Source: Candidatus Heimdallarchaeota archaeon
GTDB taxonomy: Archaea; Asgardarchaeota; Heimdallarchaeia; JABLTI01
Length of the DNA stretch: 64,000 bases
Assembly (NCBI GenBank): GCA_018238155.1
Contig: JABCTZ010000019.1
Span: forward strand, 64,001 to 128,000
Direction of reading: 5' to 3'
Translations under genes and position numbers: made by a program
In this document: positions 41,956-52,200 of the stretch, one piece after another
Layout of the letters: each line of letters opens with the position of its first letter
Numbering within the stretch: the first letter of the stretch is position 1
Notes under the pieces: model-generated
What the model was told of the DNA's origin: nothing
The model's input: the letters and a program-made list of their open reading frames with translations, nothing else
The model's database searches: none

Positions 41956-43179
41956 ATGACAGGTGTTTTACCTTTGACAGAGGAAATTTTCAAAAAAAGC
42001 GTCACTAGTTTAGAAGAAGCATATTCCATATTAATTAATGGGGAATCTAATTCCAGCCAAGAAGCAGAATTACGAATATCTATAATTGATATTTTATCTT
42101 CTTTGGATGTTTCATTAATAAGCGAGAAAGAAAAAAACAACGAATTCATTGAATTTCTTAATTCTACAAGGGATAAGGTACTTGAATGGAACCCACATAA
42201 TCAATGGTTTAGACATCAAAAGCAATTAACTGAAATTGTGTACAAAGTTATTGTACAAGCTAAAAACGTAGTATTTACAAGAGCTGATGCTTCTGAAGCA
42301 TCTAAAATAAAAGATGAATTAGCTACACTGAAATCCGAATTAAATGATTTACGTTCACTTATGGCTAATTTAGTAAAAGAACAAACTATTGTTTCAAATT
42401 CTTCAAAAAGCGAGGAGATAAAAGATTCGACTCTTGAACAACAAACCGAACCAATAGAGAAAAAAGAAGCAGAGGAAGAACAAGATACAACAATTGATCC
42501 TCCTATTATTCTTCCAATTGAACTTGACCTTCAAAAAACAAAAGAAGACATAAATGAAGAAGAACCTCTTCCTCCTGTAATCGAATCATTAGAAAAAGAA
42601 GAAGTTTTAGAGCAAGACGAGATTTCATCATTTCAAGCAACATCTACAATCCGGAAACTCTCCGAAAAAACCTCTCCAGAGAGTGAACCTGAAACTGTAC
42701 TATCTCAAATGAGATCCATAATTACAGAAGCTGAGAAAGAAACAAAAAAACAAATTTCTTCATTTGTAGAGAAATTATCTCTAGAAGAGAATTCTCAATC
42801 TGCTGTTGAAGATGAAATTATTCTTCCTATTATTCCTGAGGAAACCTCGATAAAACAAGTACCTCTTCAATCCGAAGAACAAATTGTCTCTCAAAAATCA
42901 GATAATAAGGATTCTTTGGTGAAACCTTCTGAAGTTCTGAAGCAACAAAATTCTATTGTCAATTCTCAATCAACTGCTAGTGGGGATCCTTATATGCAAC
43001 TTCTCACTCTTGAAGCAGAAAAATATCGTTTAGAGAAAGCAATTGAAAAAAATGAAACTGACTTTCAAGAAGGATTAAAAAGTAAATTGGAATTCGATGA
43101 GAATATCCAACTTATCAATAATGAGCTAGTGACTATTAGAGAACAAATTTCCTCTCTTAGAGAGAAGCTGACTTCTTAG
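41956..43179 (+). CDS. Acidic protein with long low-complexity linker and C-terminal steadiness-box-like hairpin
   Basis: Helical N-domain, E/P/S-rich linker, C-terminal YMQLLTLEAE...FQEG......F. Confidence 0.7.
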   Translation: MTGVLPLTEEIFKKSVTSLEEAYSILINGESNSSQEAELRISIIDILSSLDVSLISEKEKNNEFIEFLNSTRDKVLEWNPHNQWFRHQKQLTEIVYKVIVQAKNVVFTRADASEASKIKDELATLKSELNDLRSLMANLVKEQTIVSNSSKSEEIKDSTLEQQTEPIEKKEAEEEQDTTIDPPIILPIELDLQKTKEDINEEEPLPPVIESLEKEEVLEQDEISSFQATSTIRKLSEKTSPESEPETVLSQMRSIITEAEKETKKQISSFVEKLSLEENSQSAVEDEIILPIIPEETSIKQVPLQSEEQIVSQKSDNKDSLVKPSEVLKQQNSIVNSQSTASGDPYMQLLTLEAEKYRLEKAIEKNETDFQEGLKSKLEFDENIQLINNELVTIREQISSLREKLTS

Positions 43180-43249
43180 AATTGAGTTTTCAATGAATAG
43201 CATAAGAGTCGAAATTTAATTGGTTTGTACAATTCAAAGGTTGATGAAA

Positions 43250-43684
43250 ATGAAAACTATGATAATGGAACAACAAAAAGTGCATTTGCTAAAACTGGAA
43301 AAAGGTGATGAAGTCCTTTCAAGTATTATTCACTATGTAAAAGAGCAAAAAATAGCTGGTGGTTTCCTAACAGGAATTGGTGCTCTTGAAAAAGGCAAGT
43401 ATGGTTATTTTGATGTTAGTAAGAAAAAATATCTTAATACTCCTTTTGATGAAGTTGAGGTTTTAGCTTGTAATGGAAATATTTCTATTAATAAAGACAC
43501 AAAGGAACCTATTGCCCATATTCACATTATTGTTGGTGAAGAAGATGGTAAAGCTGTTGGTGGACACCTTGTTGAAGGCTTTGTTTCAGTTACTTTAGAA
43601 ATACACTTAGTTGAAACTCGACCGGGAATTTTTAGAACAAAAGATAAAGACTTCGGATTATATTTGTTAAATCCGAAAAACTGA
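43250..43684 (+). CDS. PPC-domain (DUF296) protein
   Basis: L..G.E.L, GIGAL, GNIS, HIH, GGHL; start uncertain. Confidence 0.9.
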   Translation: MKTMIMEQQKVHLLKLEKGDEVLSSIIHYVKEQKIAGGFLTGIGALEKGKYGYFDVSKKKYLNTPFDEVEVLACNGNISINKDTKEPIAHIHIIVGEEDGKAVGGHLVEGFVSVTLEIHLVETRPGIFRTKDKDFGLYLLNPKN

Positions 43685-43707
43685 GGATTTTTCAATAATC
43701 CCAAGTT

Positions 43708-44109
43708 TTATTCATCTTTGGCGGGAATCATTTCTATTCGATATATTCCTTGCCTTCCGCTTAAAACAATTGGATCTGTTTTTTTATCTCTAAAAAGTGA
43801 ATCTAGGTTTACTTCATAAATTCCTTTTTGCCTCAATTTTATTGCTGGTATATTGTCAGTTTCTAATTCCCCTACTCTATCTTCTCCTGCTTCATCTCTT
43901 ATCAACTTTGGAATAATTTCATATTTGGTTACTGAGTAATCTTCTATTGTTTCACATAAGAATTTTGGAATTGTTTTTATTATAGCTGGTTTCTCAGAAG
44001 TTGTTGTGATGGTTTTAAACACTCTAGAGCCACACTTGGTACAACCAACAGTAAGCAGATTAGCCGTTTTTTCAAGATTAGCGTTACATTTTGCACAGAT
44101 AAATTCCAT
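43708..44109 (-). CDS. DUF2072-type Zn-ribbon protein (OapC-like)
   Basis: CAKC...GCTKCGSRVF and C-terminal GIYEVNLDSLF...G.YRI. Confidence 0.75.
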   Translation of the reverse strand: MEFICAKCNANLEKTANLLTVGCTKCGSRVFKTITTTSEKPAIIKTIPKFLCETIEDYSVTKYEIIPKLIRDEAGEDRVGELETDNIPAIKLRQKGIYEVNLDSLFRDKKTDPIVLSGRQGIYRIEMIPAKDE

Positions 44110-44301
44110 GATTGATTTCCTGAGGGTTGCTCAGATGTTTTTTTCTAATATTTGGTTTCCAATCCTCATTAGAAAGATATGTGTTTAATAAAATGTAAGT
44201 TGAGATTATCAAAAGCATATATGGATGTTATCTTAAAAAACAAACAAAATCGAAAATAGTGATGAAAGAAATGATTTAGAAAGAAGAAAAAGGAAAAAGA
44301 G

Positions 44302-44847
44302 CTAAGCTTTTTCTTTATTCATTTTGTATTTCTGATATATTTTTTCTCCAACATCAATTTTCAATGAAAATGGAGTAGGCAATTTATCTCCACCCATTTT
44401 CAAGGCTCTATAAGCACTTTCTACATGTTCTGGAAAAGTATGGATTGTTACTAATGCTTGATTTGCTCTTATTCTTGCAGCAAGATCCATTGGTTTACCA
44501 AAAGAACGGCGCATACCATCCTGTAACCTATCAGCACCGGCAAAAGCCATCATTTTATTTTCACGTAAGATGTGATGGGGATATATTCTAATTATTAAGT
44601 GGTAGTTTTCAATACCTGCTTTCTTTCCCATATATCGATTGGTCATCATTCTTACAGCATCTAAAGCAACGTGTCGAACTTGGCAGGCTTCCTTGGAATA
44701 AAGGGAAACTGAAACTGGAAATGTGGCAGTTTTATTGCCAGCCTCAAAACTAGTGATTTTAGAAGCCGGAATACTTCGAACATATTTTTTACGCGTATAA
44801 GGTGGTCCTGCAATTTTTGTATAACAACGTGCGGGTCTTCTTGCCAT
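44302..44847 (-). CDS. rpl10e: 50S ribosomal protein L10e (uL16)
   Basis: MARRPARCY, YPHHILRENKM..AGADRLQDGMRRSFGKP. Confidence 0.97.
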   Translation of the reverse strand: MARRPARCYTKIAGPPYTRKKYVRSIPASKITSFEAGNKTATFPVSVSLYSKEACQVRHVALDAVRMMTNRYMGKKAGIENYHLIIRIYPHHILRENKMMAFAGADRLQDGMRRSFGKPMDLAARIRANQALVTIHTFPEHVESAYRALKMGGDKLPTPFSLKIDVGEKIYQKYKMNKEKA

Positions 44848-45099
44848 GTGTATCAACTCATAATTACTTGACGAGGTGAAGCATCTTTTAAAGCTTGTCA
44901 TTTTTCAAGTAAATAGTGATAAAAATCTTGTTATTCACCAGTAAATAAAAGAACATATTTAATAATTTGACATTAGAAATTGCCTTTAAAATACTAGTAT
45001 TTAATGAAAAATATGAAAAAAAGTAAATAATCCTAAAAGCAATTCTTTTTTTAGTTAGTTGTTAAATGATTCTATATAACTAAGTAAAGGTAGAAAAAA

Positions 45100-45879
45100 A
45101 TGGTAGAATATAGATGTCCAGTTTGTAGTAAGCCCGTTTTGCCGAATTTTACATTCTGCAAATCATGTGGTGCAAGATTATCGAAAGATCTTTTTCAGAA
45201 AAGAAAAACATCTCAAGCTCGAAAAGAAATGCATTCATCTTCCATGAGTCCTGGTTCAGAGGTCGACGAATCAGCTGAAGAAATTGTCCTTGATCAAGAG
45301 ATTGTCCATGCTTTATCTATTAAAGGTCGATTAATAGTCATAGATCAAGAAATGGAAGAAATTCTAGAAGAAATTGAGAATCTTGAAGAACGAGTGAAAG
45401 TTGGTCTTATTCCAAAAGAGGATGCAAAAGAACGTGTAACTGAACTTAATAGGCGTTTTGTAGAAATCAGACTTGATAAGAAAAAGATTGCAAAAGGCAG
45501 TGCTCAAATACCTATTTTCGAGTTAATGAAGAAAAAGGATGACAGTGAAGATCATTTATTGAAGCTTGAAGGATTGAAGAAAGATAAAAGCATTAGCCAG
45601 AAAACTTATGAGAAAATGAAAGATGAATATAAGGCTACTATCTCTGATTCAGAAAAGCATATCACTACTGAAATAATTAAAATGGAACGCTGGAAAGATC
45701 AACTTAAAAAAGAACTTGGCGAGAAAAGAGAATTATTGGAAACATTATTCGTTCGGAAGTCAACAGGTGAGCTTTCTGAAAAAGAATATAACGAAGAAAA
45801 GGAAGAGCTTTCTGAAGAAATTAAGAACTGGGAAGCTGCTTATGAAGAATTGAAGAAGACACTTAGAAAATTAAAATAA
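45100..45879 (+). CDS. Zn-ribbon plus CdvA-like coiled-coil protein
   Basis: CPVC..FCKSCG; three G/S-[LI]-[SP]..Y helical-hairpin turns. Confidence 0.7.
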   Translation: MVEYRCPVCSKPVLPNFTFCKSCGARLSKDLFQKRKTSQARKEMHSSSMSPGSEVDESAEEIVLDQEIVHALSIKGRLIVIDQEMEEILEEIENLEERVKVGLIPKEDAKERVTELNRRFVEIRLDKKKIAKGSAQIPIFELMKKKDDSEDHLLKLEGLKKDKSISQKTYEKMKDEYKATISDSEKHITTEIIKMERWKDQLKKELGEKRELLETLFVRKSTGELSEKEYNEEKEELSEEIKNWEAAYEELKKTLRKLK

Positions 45880-45940
45880 TTTTCTAATTTTTTATTTTTT
45901 AACTTTTTTGTAATTTTTTTAGCGATTGAGTTTCTAAGCA

Positions 45941-46663
45941 TTATTTTTTTGTCTTTGATATTTCTTCTTTTATCTCCTCTTCATCGTCATCACCAACAGT
46001 TTTAGTTTCCCATGGACCAAGTTCAATTTTCATAAAAATATCCTCTGAATTGGGACATTCAATACGCAGAGACATAGTGTGTTGGGATCTTTCAACGATT
46101 TCAGGGGTCATACATCCCTCTTCTAATTTTTCAATCAGAAATTGGATATATCTTTCTGTAAGAACATTGAGACTTCCAGCTATTAACTCTTTACCTAATT
46201 CTCCTGGAAAATACTTTACTGTTCTACCATCTCGAATAACATCGATTAATTCTGCTTCTGCTAATCGCTTAATATGGTGACGAACAGTATCATGATGAAT
46301 GCCTAACTTTTCTGCTATTTCAGTTTGATAACAACCTGAATTATTCACTATTTGATCGAAAACTTTTGCTGCAGTATTATTTTTCAATATCGCAAAAGCA
46401 CGTTCTGCTGATTCAGAACGAAGCATCTTTGGGAAAAACAGTCTCTTTCCACCAAATTTATCTGATTTGATTAGACCATCCTTTTCGAGCATTCGGAGAT
46501 GCCAAGATAGTGTTCCTTGAGGTGCTGCTAAGGCACAAACAATTTCATAAAAATATGATCCTGGAGTTTCACAAACTAATTGATAAATCTCTCTTCGAAG
46601 TGGATGCATTAAAAGTGATAATCGTTTTTCACGATATTTTTTGCTGCCAGACAGAGCATTCAT
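45941..46663 (-). CDS. Tandem winged-HTH (ArsR-like) transcriptional regulator
   Basis: RREIYQLV...PG...EI...L..WHLR.LE..GLI; second unit Q.EIAEKL...HHIKRL. Confidence 0.88.
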   Translation of the reverse strand: MNALSGSKKYREKRLSLLMHPLRREIYQLVCETPGSYFYEIVCALAAPQGTLSWHLRMLEKDGLIKSDKFGGKRLFFPKMLRSESAERAFAILKNNTAAKVFDQIVNNSGCYQTEIAEKLGIHHDTVRHHIKRLAEAELIDVIRDGRTVKYFPGELGKELIAGSLNVLTERYIQFLIEKLEEGCMTPEIVERSQHTMSLRIECPNSEDIFMKIELGPWETKTVGDDDEEEIKEEISKTKK

Positions 46664-47023
46664 ACTCCTATTTTAATTGTTATTATAGTCTCTATATTTC
46701 ATTCATCAAATTAATAACGTGCTATAATACTTATATCTTTAGGTGACCAATTTAAAGTATCAAATCATCCACATAATATTCTCCTTTAATAATTGGTTCT
46801 GTACACTTTTTTTCATCCAGTAGAGTATATTTCAAAAAAAATCTGAAAATGGTTCTTTTTTTATTGTAAAATCATTGAAAAAATCATTAAAACCGTGTGC
46901 TTACGATTAAGTTTTTAAAAGAAAATGTGTATAAGATAGTATACAAAGGTAAAACTAATAAGCAAGCAAAGGATATTTTTAATAAAGCAAATAATTTAAA
47001 ATTCTCTTGAAGGAGAGGCATTA

Positions 47024-47446
47024 ATGACAACTGAAGTAACTGTAGCAAAGATGTGTAAGCTTGAAGTAGGACAACCCATTCAACTTCCCCAGACTTTCTT
47101 AGATGCGTTGAAGCCTGAAGAAGGAAATTATGCGGTTATGATTCTCGCTCCTAGTACGAAAATTATTAGAATAATTCCTACAACTAGTGATAAAGTATAC
47201 AAAGTAGGAATTGAGATTGGAAAATTAAGTCCTGACTTTTTAAAGAAAATGGGCTCTCTTTTCATGAAAGCGGGTATAAAAACATTATATTCCACTGGAT
47301 TATGTTTCACTCAAGAAAGCTGTGTCTATGAAGGTTATATTGACTCCAAAGAATTCAAAAATGTCAATATGGAAACCATCAAAGAAGAGCTAACTGATAT
47401 AGATGGTGTATCAAAAGTTGATATCTCAACTCTAGAGATACCATAA
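47024..47446 (+). CDS. Hypothetical protein, possible AbrB-like plus ACT-like domains
   Basis: GQPIQLP..F..AL...EG N-terminus; C-terminal L..IDGVSKVDI; GGAGAGG SD. Confidence 0.6.
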   Translation: MTTEVTVAKMCKLEVGQPIQLPQTFLDALKPEEGNYAVMILAPSTKIIRIIPTTSDKVYKVGIEIGKLSPDFLKKMGSLFMKAGIKTLYSTGLCFTQESCVYEGYIDSKEFKNVNMETIKEELTDIDGVSKVDISTLEIP

Positions 47447-47532
47447 GGGTTATTTGTTTAACCCTATCTTTATAATTTCTTTTACTCAAAGAATCTAATT
47501 ACCTTATAAAATACCATTTTTTTTTCTATTAA

Positions 47533-48156
47533 TTATGATGTTAGTTTCCTCTTAGTTTTTGTTGCTGATGTTTTAGAAGGACTCTGATTTAAGCTTTCTA
47601 CAATTTCCAACATTTGTAATTCAGTTTTGGATGATAAGTCATCTATTTGATCTTTAATATTCTCCAAACTTTTTTCAACTGTTTTCATTGTTTCTTTATT
47701 TGAGCTTGTAATTTGTCTATCAAGTTGTTTCAAGGAATCACTTATTGGTTTTACTCCTTTTACTAACTCAGTTTGAATTAGTTTTCTAACTTCTCGAATT
47801 GATTCATTGGATAATCCTACTTCTGCAAGATTCCCATTGCCTGCTAATTCTGTAGCTTGTTGAACTTTGGCAATTTCCTTTCCTTGAATCTTCAAAACTT
47901 TCTTGATTTTGTTGATGTTATCATTAATTATTTCAGAAAGTATCATTTGTTGAGCTAGTATTTCTTTAAGATTTTGTAATTCCTTTTCAAGATTGGGGAT
48001 AAGTTTAGCAATATCTTTTCGTGTGTCTAGAACCTCACCGAATAATCCATCTACTACTTTATGGAAGCCTTCTACAGTTGGAACATTTCCACTTGGGGTT
48101 TTGATAGTATCAATTTTGAATTCCTGTTTCTTTTTGGAACTATTATTCATTTTTAT
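47533..48156 (-). CDS. Coiled-coil hypothetical protein
   Basis: Heptad-rich ORF of about 207 aa. Confidence 0.7.
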   Translation of the reverse strand: MKMNNSSKKKQEFKIDTIKTPSGNVPTVEGFHKVVDGLFGEVLDTRKDIAKLIPNLEKELQNLKEILAQQMILSEIINDNINKIKKVLKIQGKEIAKVQQATELAGNGNLAEVGLSNESIREVRKLIQTELVKGVKPISDSLKQLDRQITSSNKETMKTVEKSLENIKDQIDDLSSKTELQMLEIVESLNQSPSKTSATKTKRKLTS

Positions 48157-48191
48157 GACCAACTCTTTGATTCATTAAATTCAAATAATCT

Positions 48192-48545
48192 CTAAAGTTT
48201 GACTTTTTGCAAACTCTCTAAACGAAGAGTCTGTTGACAGACAGGGCATTTTCCCTTTACTCTAAGCCAATCTGAAATATGTTTTTGATGAAACATTGAT
48301 TCACACATAGGGCATTGTGTTGCATTTTGATTTCCTTTCAAGGAAAGCTTACAAATCATACAAACCGCTGGTTTTTTCTCTTCAAGAGTCCACCGACCAA
48401 TATTATTTAAAGTGAAATTCAATGCTTTGCCTGTTATTTTCTTACCATTGGTTACAGTATTAGAATCTGCTTTTGAAGTAACAAAATCAATATGTTCTCC
48501 AAGCATTTTTTCTGAATTTCCACTAATCGTGTTCATATGTCTCAC
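48192..48545 (-). CDS. RING-finger protein (E3-ligase-like)
   Basis: CMIC-x12-CPMC-x3-FHQKH-x3-W-x6-CPVC. Confidence 0.85.
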   Translation of the reverse strand: MRHMNTISGNSEKMLGEHIDFVTSKADSNTVTNGKKITGKALNFTLNNIGRWTLEEKKPAVCMICKLSLKGNQNATQCPMCESMFHQKHISDWLRVKGKCPVCQQTLRLESLQKVKL

Positions 48546-48804
48546 AACGAAGTGATTGCTTCATACAATCTATTTTTTATTATCTATGCAAATATTAAGT
48601 ATACTTTGCTTAAAACCTTTTACAATTACCATTATTTGGTATTTCATTGAAAACATCTATTCTTCCTTTTTAAAGAGCGACTTTTTATCCGTATAATTTC
48701 TATACCTTTTTATTTGATGCCTAAACATTTCTTCTTAGTAAATAATAGTCTAGACACATAAGGTTTATTACTATCTAACTTTATGATACTTTAATATAAA
48801 GTCA

Positions 48805-49173
48805 TTGTGGGATGTTATATCATTGAGTGGCAGGGACATACATATAAGCGACGATATCAGTAAATTGATACGAAAAAGCCTTGAGGAAACAGAAATTTCT
48901 AAGGATATGGTAGTATATAGTCAAAGAACGGCATTTGTTTATGGAGAAGAAGAGAACGCAAATAAACATATTCCTATTGAAGAATACCTTCTTGATATTC
49001 TTGAAAACAAAGGGCCAATCACGCGAGGAACTTTAGTTTCTTTAACAAATATCCCTCGAACAACTTTGTACGATGTATTATCGAAAATGATCATGAAAGG
49101 ACAAATTGAGAAAAAACCATTTAGAACAGACAAACGAGGACGTCCAAAAATTCTTTTTGCAATTAAAGAATAA
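48805..49173 (+). CDS. TrmB-like winged-HTH protein
   Basis: GPITRGTL...TNIPRTTLYDVL..M...G......RGRPK..F. Confidence 0.82.
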   Translation: MWDVISLSGRDIHISDDISKLIRKSLEETEISKDMVVYSQRTAFVYGEEENANKHIPIEEYLLDILENKGPITRGTLVSLTNIPRTTLYDVLSKMIMKGQIEKKPFRTDKRGRPKILFAIKE

Positions 49174-49220
49174 TAAAATGATTTATTTCAAATTTTGAAA
49201 AGGAAAATGGATAGTTGTCT

Positions 49221-52200
49221 TTAGAATTCTATTGAGTCAATTTCACTTAGAAATTCCTTTAAGATATTTTCAGACACTCCATCTACTTCTATTTTTTTCA
49301 TTTTCTCCTCTTGGAGAGCTAATTCTTCGAGTTTTTTACGCTCTTGTACTGCTTCAGAATTTGAATCTACACTTTCACTTTTCACGTTTTCTTCTACTAG
49401 TGATAGAACCCAATTATCAAGTAAATCTTCATCTAATCCTTGTAAAAGATTTTTTAAAGTAGATTTTACTTCTGCAGGGGTATCTTTTGTAGGATCTTTT
49501 GAGTAAACAAGTGGGGCAATGTATTTACCTCGACGTCGTTTAGCACCTGGCACAGGTAAAATTGGTTCTTCTCTATGCTTCTTTGCTATTGCTGCTTTTC
49601 TGTGCCAAGTACCATCTTTTTTATTAAATTCGACTTGTTTTGTTGAACCTGATGCTTTTACCATCTCGAAAATATGTGCAACTTTATTTTTTGAGAGCAT
49701 CAAATAAATGATCAATTTCATACGCTCATTAGAAGAGAGTTTATCCAATGATCCCTCATTTACCTTTGCTTTTAGAACAGCTTTTTCTTCGGAAAGTAGT
49801 TTAGATTCATCAATGGAAATATCAAGTAAATCAATCATTTCTGCTGTTAATTCTTTTTTAGGAGCAAATTCTTTCTGAATCTTCTGAAAATTTCGTTGCA
49901 TTTCAAGTGGTAATTTTTCAATGATTTGATTAGATGTTCCCGCTTTTCCGAGTAACACTGCTATTGTTTTATAACAGTCTATTGTCCAGCTTTCTAATGC
50001 TCTCATAGCTCGTCCACGTAATTGTTGCCACGCTGTAACATCTCGAGTTGCGGTAGCATCAATAAGAATATCTGGTGTTCGCACATCCCATCCAGTTCTA
50101 GCCCATGCGGAAACAAATATTAATTGAATTGGTAGCTCTTCTGAATCCAAAAAATCAGATACTAGGTCGTAAATTAATTGTTTTTGCCTTCCAGAAGGCA
50201 TTTTCAAATAATAATAATCTACTAAATCACCAGTTGCAGTTTGTAAGACACCTTTATTTGCAAATTCAATTTTTCGTGCAATAATTCCATAATCGTAAAG
50301 TTTGAGAACAATATTGTCAATACGAATAGAGGGGTTTGCAATACGATCCTTTAACAGCTTTATAGAAAGATTTAGTGCGTCATCCATAACAGTCATTTCA
50401 TCAATGAAATCCCCTAAAGGTTCAAACACCTTATTTGCAAACTCCGAAAATCTGGCTCGATATACTTTTCTTAATGATTTGGCATAGGTGCTCATCAATT
50501 CTTTGAATGTTAAATACATGAAATTACTTAATTGTTCTTGGAACGGCAGTTCAAAAATCAATTCCATGAAAATTCGTTCAGTTAATTTATCAACTATAAC
50601 TTCATTTCGTACGAACTCAGCCATCATTATGTGTAACGGTTTTTCAAGTTCCGGATTAAAACTAATATACATTTCAGAAGATTGTACAGCAATTGGATTA
50701 TACTTTAATATATTGGTACTCAAACTTTGAGCAAAGCTACCTCCAACACCAGAAAACCCTGGAGAACCTATACCCGTATCATCTTCAACCTTGATAGTTC
50801 GTCCTGTATCAAATATAACTACTCCTTTCACATCTCTGATTTCTTCTTCTGCATTGATAATTGATTGGAATGTTCCCACACGTCCCTCGCCTATTTTTGT
50901 TCTAGCCCAGGTGTCTAATGTTTTGTATATTCCGACCATAGTTGAACACATAATCTTTCTAACTTTCTTTGATGTTTCCTTTCTATCTTTACTTTCTTTG
51001 CGAATATCGTAGAATGTTTTTCGTTTAGGCATTCGTTTCCCATATTTTTCACTTTTTATCATTTTTTGAAGGCTGGGGATACGAATTAATTGTTCAAGTC
51101 GCATTACTAATTGTTCTGTCTCTTCAACGATTTCTCGTGCCGCATTGGCGTGTTGAGAATTATAAGCTAATGAAATATCTGACCAGCTATTGTAGATTTG
51201 TACAGTCTGTACTAGATTCGTATCAATAAGTGATAGAGGTCTTTTTTCTCTATTTGGTGACCAGTCAAGGAATTTAGATTTTAATTTTTCATTAACCATA
51301 TCTCTTCGATAACTTTGATACATACCAAGTAATTCTTTACAAATGAATAAACGGTCATTCATGGGAATCTTTTGGAATTCCCTTCGAAGGTTATTATCTC
51401 CAAAATAATTCCATAATTGCTTCATATTCATTTTAAGCTCGTTATGCAATTCTCTGATAGCCTTTTCTCGTCCTGAATAAGCAAAAGTGACTCCTAATTC
51501 TGCTATAGGTGCAACAAATCCATGCATAACTAATTCTTTTTCTGGGACAATGTAAATGAGTTTCAATTTTAACTTCTTGAAATCTTTTTCATAAGCTTTA
51601 GCTGTACCAGAAAAACCAATGAGGTTCTCTATATGAGCTCCTTTAAAGATCTTAACTAATCGTTTAGCAACTTCGTTAGTTGCACTTCCTTCTTGTTCAA
51701 CGATTTTGTGGGCTTCATCGAAAATAACATGCCTAATACCTAACCAATTAATTAATTGTCTAAGTTCTTTTTCTTTCTTAGTTTTTGCTCCTAATACTTG
51801 AGCGAGAGAAGTATAAGTAAGAATTATTATTGGTGGAATTTCTCTTGTCTTTTGAATGAAATTTTCAAGCTGGGTAATCGTTCCAGAAAATACAAAACTT
51901 GGTGAAATCTGTAATCCAATTTCATTGAAGCAAATTGAATCTACCCATTGGGATTGATAATTTTGTGTTGGAACCAGTACTAAGATTGATTCATTGAAAC
52001 GTAACTTGCGGGTCCAATCTTGGATACACATCATTCCCATTAGTGTTTTACCTGAACCTGTTGGGGAGTCAATAATATTGCCATTATACTTTTCTCCTTT
52101 AAACATATAATAGGCTTCTAATTGGTATGGTCGAGGAATTGGAGAATTAATTATGTCTTGATGTGGAATTTTGAGAATATCTATTTTTGGTTTTTTCACC

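Noticed and set aside
43708-44300. Replication origin next to the OapC-like gene
   Set aside because: No oapA/oapB, cdc6/orc1 or ORB-like repeats nearby
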